64,000 nt of DNA from Candidatus Marinacidobacterales bacterium (GTDB lineage Bacteria; Acidobacteriota; Vicinamibacteria; Marinacidobacterales; DATDRI01), in assembly GCA_965226495.1 (NCBI GenBank), contig OZ245365.1, positions 6,273,480-6,337,479 on the forward strand. Direction: 5' to 3'. Position numbers and translations under genes: made by a program. This document shows, piece by piece, positions 55,538-64,000 of this stretch. The stretch's first letter is position 1. Every line of letters starts with the position of its first letter. The notes under the pieces are model-generated. The model was not told the origin of the DNA, ran no database searches, and worked only from the letters and a program-made list of their open reading frames with translations.

Positions 55538-56684
55538 GGCCATCGGGCCGGCGTGGGGCATCGTTGGCCTCTGGGGCGTGCTCTGCGGCTTTCTGCTGCT
55601 CAGCTACTACACGGTGATTGCGGGCTGGTCGGTCGGTGGATTCCCGGCGGGCGCCTCGATGGGCGAGCTGTTCGGTGCGCAGGCGGCCAATGGCGGCCTG
55701 CAGCTTGGCTTGTCTCTCGGGTTCAGTATCGCCACGGTCTCGGTCGTCTACTTCGGCGTCCAAAAGGGGATCGAGCGCATCGCGCGTGTCTTTCTGCCGA
55801 TTCTCTTCGGGATCCTCGTCTTGCTGCTCGTCTCCGCCTTGGAGATGGCCGGGGCCGGTGAGGCGCTCCGCTTCATCTTCCTGCCGCGCTTCGGCGAGTT
55901 GGATGGGGGGAGCGTCCTCGAGGCGCTCGGCCACGCGTTCTTCACGCTCTCGCTCGGCATGGGCGCGATGGTGACGTACGGCTCGTACATCGCAACGCAT
56001 CAGTCGATCGTGAAAGCCTCGGCGATCATCGTCGTGCTCGATACGCTGATCGCACTCGTGGCCACGGTGATCATGTTCTCGGTGATCTTCAGCGTGCCGG
56101 GTATGGATGAGCAGGTCAGCGGCACGGGCACTGTGGGGATGCTCTTCATCTCGCTGCCGCAGCTGTTCTTCACCGAGGTCCCGTTCGGGGCATTCCTGGG
56201 GCCACTCTTCTACGTGCTGGTGGCCCTCGCGGCGCTCACCTCGACGATGTCGCTACTGGAAGTGGTCGCTGCCTACGTGATCGACGAACACCACATGCCG
56301 CGGGCCACGGCGACGCTGCTGTGTGGCGGTGCGGTGTTTGCCTTCACGGTCCTCGCCGCGTTGTCGTTCGGTGGTGTCGGCGCGATCACCGAGCTCCAAC
56401 TCGGCGGCGCGCTCGGCCAGATGCTCTTCGGCGGCAAGACGAGCTGGTTCGGCATGGTCGACCACTTCGTGTCGAACTGGATGCTCCCGACCGGGGGATT
56501 TGCGATCACGATCGCGGCGGGCTGGTTCCTGACGCGCAAGTACACCGAGCGGGAGCTCGTGGATGGCTCAGAACCCAGGTGGTTCAACTATGGAGCGTGG
56601 CGGTTCTTCATTCAGTTCGTGTCGCCGCTGGCCGTGGCGGCGATCATCATCGCGGTGCTGTTCTTCGGGGTGGACTTCAGCTAG
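55538..56684 (+). pseudogene. Sodium-dependent transporter (NSS/SNF family), N-terminally truncated
   Basis: SYYTVIAGW, GVQKGIER, ALGHAFFTLSLGMG..TYGSY, AALTS..SLLE; lacks TM1-2 (GxAVGLGN). Confidence 0.85.
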
Positions 56685-57397
56685 GGCCAGGCAACACCTG
56701 ATTTTCCGGTATTGACCACGTTGGCCGCTGGCTGTTGTGATCCGCAAAAAAGAAAACCGGCCAGAAGCAGCCGACTATGGTAGGTCTAACCTGCGCAATC
56801 AACGCCGGATCGACTTTTTGCGCAAGAGTCTCAAGTTCGTTTGTGTTTTTGGACACGACGACATAACGGCCTTGATGAAGGTGCTCCACGACATGCTCTT
56901 GCCCCGTTACGGAGCGGCGCGATATCGTGGTCGGCGAGGCTCCTCTTGATGGTGTTGCGTCCGAGTTCATGTCCCGACGTTCTGGGTGCGTCGGCAGGCG
57001 CAGTACGAGCTGGGCCTAGCACGTTCTGGTCCAGGTGTGGCCCTGGCCTCCTTAATGTCCATCTTTGCCCAGGACCTGGATCAGTCGAGGCCAGGGCTTA
57101 CCGTGGCGTAGTCGGCGAGCACGTTCTGGTTCAGGTGCGCCTCGGACTCCAGGCTCCCTGTTCGGCGGCTTGTTAAAATATACTGCCATGGCCCGGTCGT
57201 AAACACAGACACTAAACTGCTGATTGGTGGTCATTTCAAAAGGGCCGAACAATTGGCCGGACTGGGTGGCGGATGGTGCAGTTTGGAGCTATCCGGTCTC
57301 GGCAAAAGGTGGTCCAGCTTTTGGCGGAAATCCTCAAACAGAAAAGCCAGTGGAGATTCAGGAGGTTTCGAGTTTTTCGAGTTTTTCGACCCGTACA

Positions 57398-58915
57398 TGG
57401 CGTGAAGCTCTCCGTGGTATTTCCGCTTGAGATCGGTATCACGGATCAGCGCGGACTGAAGCAGCCGGATGAGGAAGATGCCGGTGCCGGTGAACGGGTC
57501 GAGGACATGAACGCCCTCTTCGCTCAAGCTGCGGCCGAACTCCTGGCGCACCACGTGGTCGGCGCTGTTCACGATGAAATCCACGACTTCTACCGGTGTG
57601 TAGACGATGCCGAGGCGGTCTGCGTCCTTCTTGAGGGCCGTGGAGAAGAACTTTTCGTAGAGTTCCATCAGCACGTGCTGCCGCGCTTCGCTGTTGTCGA
57701 GGCCCTGGGCGCGCATGCGGACGCTTTCGTAGAAGCGCTCCAGATCTCGGGTTTCGTTCTCGAGACCGAACTCTCCGAAATCCCGCCCCAAGGAGTCCAG
57801 CGCCTGCGCCACCGGGTTGCCGGCGGAGAAATCGTAGTGTTCGAACAGCGCCTCGAAGACCGGCCGCGTCAAGGTGTGCTGCGCCATCATTTCGATGGCG
57901 TTATCCCGGCTGATCGAGGCGTTGATCGAGACCTTGAGCTCCTCGTGGAAAGCGTCGAACCATTCGCGCAGGGTTTCGTTATCGGGACTGGCCAGAAGAG
58001 CCTCGATCCGGTGGACGAGCCGCGAGAAGATATCTGCAACGTCTCTGGCCCAGGTCTCCCAGTATTTCCGGTCCCCGCATCTCTCGACGACCTTGGCGAA
58101 TATCGCGCCGGGTGGCAGGTCGAGCGGCGGAAAGGGCAGTTCGGGGGTGCCCTGTCCGTCGAGCCCATCGCCGCTGAAGATGATCCGATCGGTCGGCGTG
58201 TCATTGAGGTCGATCTTGTTGATCTCGGCATCGAACCTGTCATCGTGCGAGCGCAGCGCCCGCAAGACGCTCCAGACTACGGCGAACCGTTCGTTGTCGT
58301 CGAGAGCCGCGGCCGGGTCGACGCCCGCCGGCACGGCGACCGGAAGCACGATGTAGCCGTACTGCTTGCCCTCGGCCTTACGCATGACGCGGCCGACGGC
58401 CTGCACGATGTCGACCTGCGAGGTTTTCGGGTTCATGAAGAGCACCGCGTCGAGCGCCGGCACGTCGATTCCCTCGGATAGGCACCGGGCGTTCGAGAGA
58501 ATGCGGCAGGTTCCCTCGGAATCGGCCTTGAGCCATTCGATACGGGCCTTACGCTCAAGCGCGTGATGCTGTCCATCGACGTGGCGCGTTTTGCAGCGGA
58601 ACGCGTCCGGCCGCTCCGCCTCGGGCAACAAATCGATGGCGTGCCCGACGATACTGTCCCAATGCGCTTCCAGCCGCTTCGAGGAGACGATCGTGTTCGT
58701 GAACGCGATCGCGCGGGTTAGATGCTGGATAGGTGCATCGCTGAGACGCTTGTTCTCCGGGTTACTGCAACGCGCGCCAGCAACCGACGATCTTCGCCGC
58801 GTCGGTGATGTTGATCTCGCTGTCGCCCGACGCCAGATGTGCCTGCAACGCGGCATCGACGTGTTGCTCGGACATGGCGAGGACCACAACCTTGTAGTCG
58901 GATAACAGGTCCCGC
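57398..58915 (-). pseudogene. Type ISP (LlaGI/LlaBIII-like) helicase-methyltransferase internal fragment
   Basis: LSDYKVVVL, ILSNARCLSEGIDVPALD, DIVQAVGRVMRK, LGIVYTPVEVVDFI, LDPFTGTGIF; truncated at both ends. Confidence 0.85.
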
Positions 58916-58929
58916 TTGGTGATCGCTAT

Positions 58930-59168
58930 TACGGCGAGCTACATTCCAAGAAGTGGGGATCGCCTCAGCGATGATGGTGAACCCCCTGGCCAGCTCTTGG
59001 GCTGATGGTATTCGTGTCTTGGCGGCTCCTTACACTTGGGTGTGCGGTTTTGTGGTTGTGGCAGGCCAAGAAGAGAGCCTAGAACCGATTGTTGGCTGTA
59101 CTGGCGATGGAACGAAAGACGGTACACAGTACGGGGAATGGGTCGAGGTTCCTGTCCAGGAGAAGTGA
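58930..59168 (+). pseudogene. Fragment paralogous to the C-terminal domain of the PE-repeat lipoprotein
   Basis: YGELHS...APYTWVCGF...CTGDG..DGT..W..VPV. Confidence 0.65.
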
Positions 59169-59286
59169 TCGATATGCGCGTGGGCGACTGCCGCGAGCTG
59201 CTGCGCGTCGAGGTCGAGCTTGAGGTCAAATAAATGAACACCAAACTGGAGGAGGTAACAAAGAAGATGCTAAAGAACTTACTACC

Positions 59287-60340
<1,054 letters not shown>

Positions 60341-60344
60341 TGGG

Positions 60345-61429
60345 GGCGTTGTTGCACCGCTCTGGCTGAGAGCGAAATCCGCCTATGGTGGTGGCCGAGG
60401 TATGTTCGAGCATGAAGTATCCCAAGCGCTGCCAGTACAAGCACGCGAAGCAGAAGAAGTACCACGTTCGCAACTGGGCGGAATACAACGAAGGGCTGCG
60501 CCGCCGGGGCGATTTGACAGTCTGGTTTGACGAGGAGGCAATCGCGAACTGAAAGGCCGACAAGACCGGTAAGCCTGGCGGTCAACGGGTCTATTCAGAC
60601 ATGGCGATTGAAACGGGCCTGGTTGTCCGGATGGTGTACAAGCTCGCCTACCGACAAACCGAAGGCTTCTTGCACTCGATCGCCTCGCTTCTCGGGCTCG
60701 GTATCGAGATCCCGGACTACTCGACGTTGTGTCGGCGCTCGAGGTTGCTCCGCAAGAAGCTGCGGATTCCGAAAGCCGCGAGCACTCAACCCATCCACCT
60801 GATGATCGATAGCACGGGCTTGAGGATTCATGTTGGAAACGCTCGCAAACCGCCAAAGCAGCGCGCATGGCGCAAGTTGCACATCGCCGTTGATCGCGAG
60901 ACAGGGAACATTGTTGCGTCCGAACTGACGGCGTCACGAGCTCGCGACGCAACCCGAGTCCCCGCTTTGCTAACACAGATTCAAGCACCTCTAGTGTCGG
61001 TGGCGGCGGACAGTGCATACGACAAGGAAGCGGTCTACGAAGCCATCGAAGCGCACAGTCCTGGACGAAGGACGCGCGTGGTGATTCCGCCGCAACGAAA
61101 CGCGACGCTCAGTCAGAATTCGAACACCGCCATGCAGGAGCGCGATCGCCATATTCGTGCAATCGAAAGACACGGCCGACGTGAATGGTACAAGCTCTCA
61201 GGCTACACCAAGCGAAGCATGGTGGAGAACGCGGTCTATCGTTACAAGGCGATCATCGGGCCCGAGATGCGGGCTCGAACGTTGGCGAGGCAACGAGTTG
61301 AACACCGAATTGGGTGCGAGATACTCAACAAGATGGCTGCGCTCGGGATGCCCGATACGTACTGCGCCGGGTGACTCTGCAACCGGCACAGGGAGGTCAG
61401 TGATTTGCTCCGGGCCGTGCAACAACGCC
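60345..61429 (+). mobile_element. IS5-family (IS903-group) element, copy E, with nonsense mutation (TGG to TGA near 60550)
   Basis: TIRs; sequence near-identical to copies A and D. Confidence 0.93.
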
Positions 61430-61726
61430 CCAGTCAGTCCAGATTCTGCGCAACAGCACCCAAAACCCGCGGTCGACATTCGAGAGCCGCGTCCGTTTCA
61501 CCGAACGACGGAGGACGGCGAGCTGCTGCCGAAGAGCGACGCGACATTCTCAAGAGCTAGCTTGCGACGAGCCTTGAAGGCAGAGATGAGAGCGGGAACC
61601 AACGACGAAATCATGCCGGCATGGTGCCGGCAGACCGGAGACTAATCAAGTTCGGTGCGCGCGGATGAATAAATAGAAGGCACAACCCTCTTGATAGTGT
61701 TGCGTCCGAGTTCATGTCCGAGGTTC

Positions 61727-63127
61727 GGTGATGTCTTAAGATTCCTGTCAAAGAAAAACGATGTATGGTTCCCCAAGCTCAAACCCGTCTCCGTCATGGG
61801 GACAGAAAAGGAGAACCATACATCATGGGAAAGGTACTACCGAGTCAGCGATTGCTCAAGCAGTTCGAGGAACAACTGGTATTTGGGGAGATGAATCTCT
61901 CGGAGATCGTCCGGTCGGGAGCTCAGATGATGCTTCAATATGCGTTGGAGCGCGAGGTGACGGAGGCGTTGGGTCGAAACTACTATGAGAACGCTCCGGC
62001 AACGACGAAGGAGAAGGGACGACGCAACGGGTATGAGTCGCATCGGGTCCTCACGGGCGAGGGAGCGGTAACGGTGCAAGTGCCGCAGGTACGAGAAACA
62101 GAGAAGGTGTTTCAGTCAAAGATTCTCGACGCCTACGTGAGCCGGACCGAGAAACTCGATGAACTGATCGCGCGGATGTATGTCCACGGGATGTCGACGC
62201 GTGACATTGAGGCGACGTTCGCGGACGTGCTGAGCGGCACGGGTGTCTCGAAGTCGGTGGTGAGCCGGGTCACACGGTGTCTGTCGGAGGATTTGGAGGC
62301 GTTTCGAAAACGGGATCTCTCGAACGAAGAAGCTGTTGTATCTCGAGCTCGACGGCACGTACCTGCGCTACCACCAAGGAGCGGAGAGGAAAGAGCCCAT
62401 CCTCGTTGCGACCGGCTATCGCGCTGATGGGACGCGAGTTCTTCTTCATATCGGTGTCGGCAACCGAGAATCCTACGAGAACTGGAAGGGGTTCTTGCAG
62501 GAGATGGTGGCCCGAGGAATGAGGGAGCCGTTGCTCATCGTGACGGACGGGAATCCTGGAGTGCTCAAAGCGATCGCAGAGGTCTTCCCTCGAAGCCTCA
62601 AGCAACGTTGCCAGAAGCACCGCCTCGAGAACATCCTGGGCAAGGCTCCGAAGGAAGTGCGCGACGAACTCAAGGCGGCCATCCTTGAGTCGTTCCATGC
62701 GAACAGCTACGAGCAAGGGCTGAAGAAGGGTCGGGAGGTGATCGCTCGGTACCGTCAACGATTCCCGAACGCGATGAAGTGCATGGAAGAGACCCTCGAA
62801 GCGTGTCTTCAGGCGCTACGCCTTCCTGCGGCGCATCACAAAAGGCTTCGCACGTCGAATCTACTTGAGCGCACGTTCGGAGAGCACAAACGTCGCACAA
62901 AGGTCATTCCTCACTTCTTCACCGAGGAGGCCGCGATGAAACTCTCGTTCGCTGTGCTCTTGGCCGTCGCAAACAAATGGCGCGGCGTGAGGATGGATGT
63001 CTTCGCCGCTAGGAAAGTCGAGGTGCTTCGCAACGAGCTTCTCTCGCAAGGCACGTCGGAGGAATCAGCAGCTTAACCGAGCGCGGGGAACCGTACGGAG
63101 ATTTGACAGGAAAATTAAGACTTGACC
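61727..63127 (+). mobile_element. IS256-family element, frameshifted transposase (61825-63076)
   Basis: RNGY, MYVHGMSTRDI, LDG, VTDG, QRCQKH, RTSNLLER; TIRs GGTGATGTCTTAAGATTCCTGTCAAA / TTTGACAGGAAAATTAAGACTTGACC; flanking GGTTC duplication. Confidence 0.9.
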
Positions 63128-63217
63128 GGTTCTTTGACTGCGCCCCGCAGGCGCGTATATCCCCACGTCGGGTTCTCCTGTTCGGACACGACGGCAAAGC
63201 AGGTATAATTAAAGTTT

Positions 63218-63880
63218 GTGAAGCGGACTTTCCCCACAATCCTGCTTTGCTCTTTTGTCGCGGCCTGTGCCAGCCGCGGACCGTCGGCGACGACACCCTC
63301 CGGCACGCCAGCCCCGGCTCCGCTTCGCGGAACCACTTTCGAGGGCCTTGCTTCCTGGTACGGGCTGGAAGAAGAAGGTCGGGCCACCGCGAGCGGAGAG
63401 CCGATGGACCCTGAACGGTTCACTGCAGCCCATCGAACATTTCCCTTCGGCACCGTGTTGCGGGTCACCGACCCCGATAACGGGCGCAGCGTGGTGGTGG
63501 TGGTCAACGACCGGGGCCCTTTTATCGACGGACGGGTCCTGGATCTTTCCTACGGCGCGGCGAAGGCGATCGACATGGTCCAAAAGGGCGTAGCGCCGGT
63601 CCAGATTGAAGTCATCCAAGTAGATCAAAGTCGTCTGGCCACCCGTTGGAGAGTCCAGCTCGGCTCGTTCCGCGACGAGTCGGCCGCCAAAGAGCTCGCC
63701 GATGAGATCAAGCGGGAAGGACATCGTCCGGTCGAGATCTCTGGATTCCGGGCGAGCGGTCGGCTTTACTATCGTGATTGGGTCGGAGAATTCGTTTATC
63801 GGGCGGATGCCGAGGATCTAGCTCGTGAGTTTCGCCGGGAAGGGCGTGAAACAGTTGTGATGCAAACCCCCTTTCGGTGA
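63218..63880 (+). CDS. rlpA: Septal ring lytic transglycosylase RlpA-family lipoprotein with SPOR domain
   Basis: Lipobox VAAC; GLASWYG, TASGE, TAAHRTFPFGT, VNDRGPF, LDLSYGAA; C-terminal VQLGSF. Confidence 0.93.
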   Translation: MKRTFPTILLCSFVAACASRGPSATTPSGTPAPAPLRGTTFEGLASWYGLEEEGRATASGEPMDPERFTAAHRTFPFGTVLRVTDPDNGRSVVVVVNDRGPFIDGRVLDLSYGAAKAIDMVQKGVAPVQIEVIQVDQSRLATRWRVQLGSFRDESAAKELADEIKREGHRPVEISGFRASGRLYYRDWVGEFVYRADAEDLAREFRREGRETVVMQTPFR

Positions 63881-64000
63881 CGCCCGCTTCATGCAGCACC
63901 TATCACCTGTTTTTGTTGCCCATTACAGCCTACGCGAGCGATTCCTCGAACAGCTCGACTTGCTTTTCCTGTCGCGGCTGCGCCGACTACCGTTGCCGCT

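Overview
GC-rich bacterial window (gene content suggests Acidobacteriota/Vicinamibacteria; this is inference) that is heavily disrupted by IS elements and has many single-base frameshifts, possibly long-read consensus errors. In order: (1) a surface-glycosylation cluster (GT2, multi-TM GT-C-like proteins, AsnB amidotransferase, SAM methyltransferases; 1-9.6 kb, with a second piece at 52.5-55.3 kb); (2) IS debris and a GMC oxidoreductase; (3) an orphan CRISPR array of about 19 repeats with a 37-bp consensus, whose first repeat is split by an IS256 and which has no cas genes in the window; (4) an island with DUF2924 plus a large serine recombinase, carrying a tightly coupled four-gene putative defence operon (DEAD/DUF1998 helicase, SNF2 helicase, N6-adenine MTase, HNH nuclease; DISARM/ARMADA-like), followed by a coiled-coil protein with a RelE-like C-terminus; (5) a TonB receptor-PnuC-NadR-like kinase salvage operon; (6) DUF5916, an NSS transporter, a type ISP R-M fragment, a Pro-Glu-repeat lipoprotein and rlpA. 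Mobile elements are six IS5 (IS903-group) copies, two IS256, ISL3, IS6, IS1, IS3, IS21 and integrase-core remnants, and several MITE families. All calls come from reading motifs by eye; no database searches were run.
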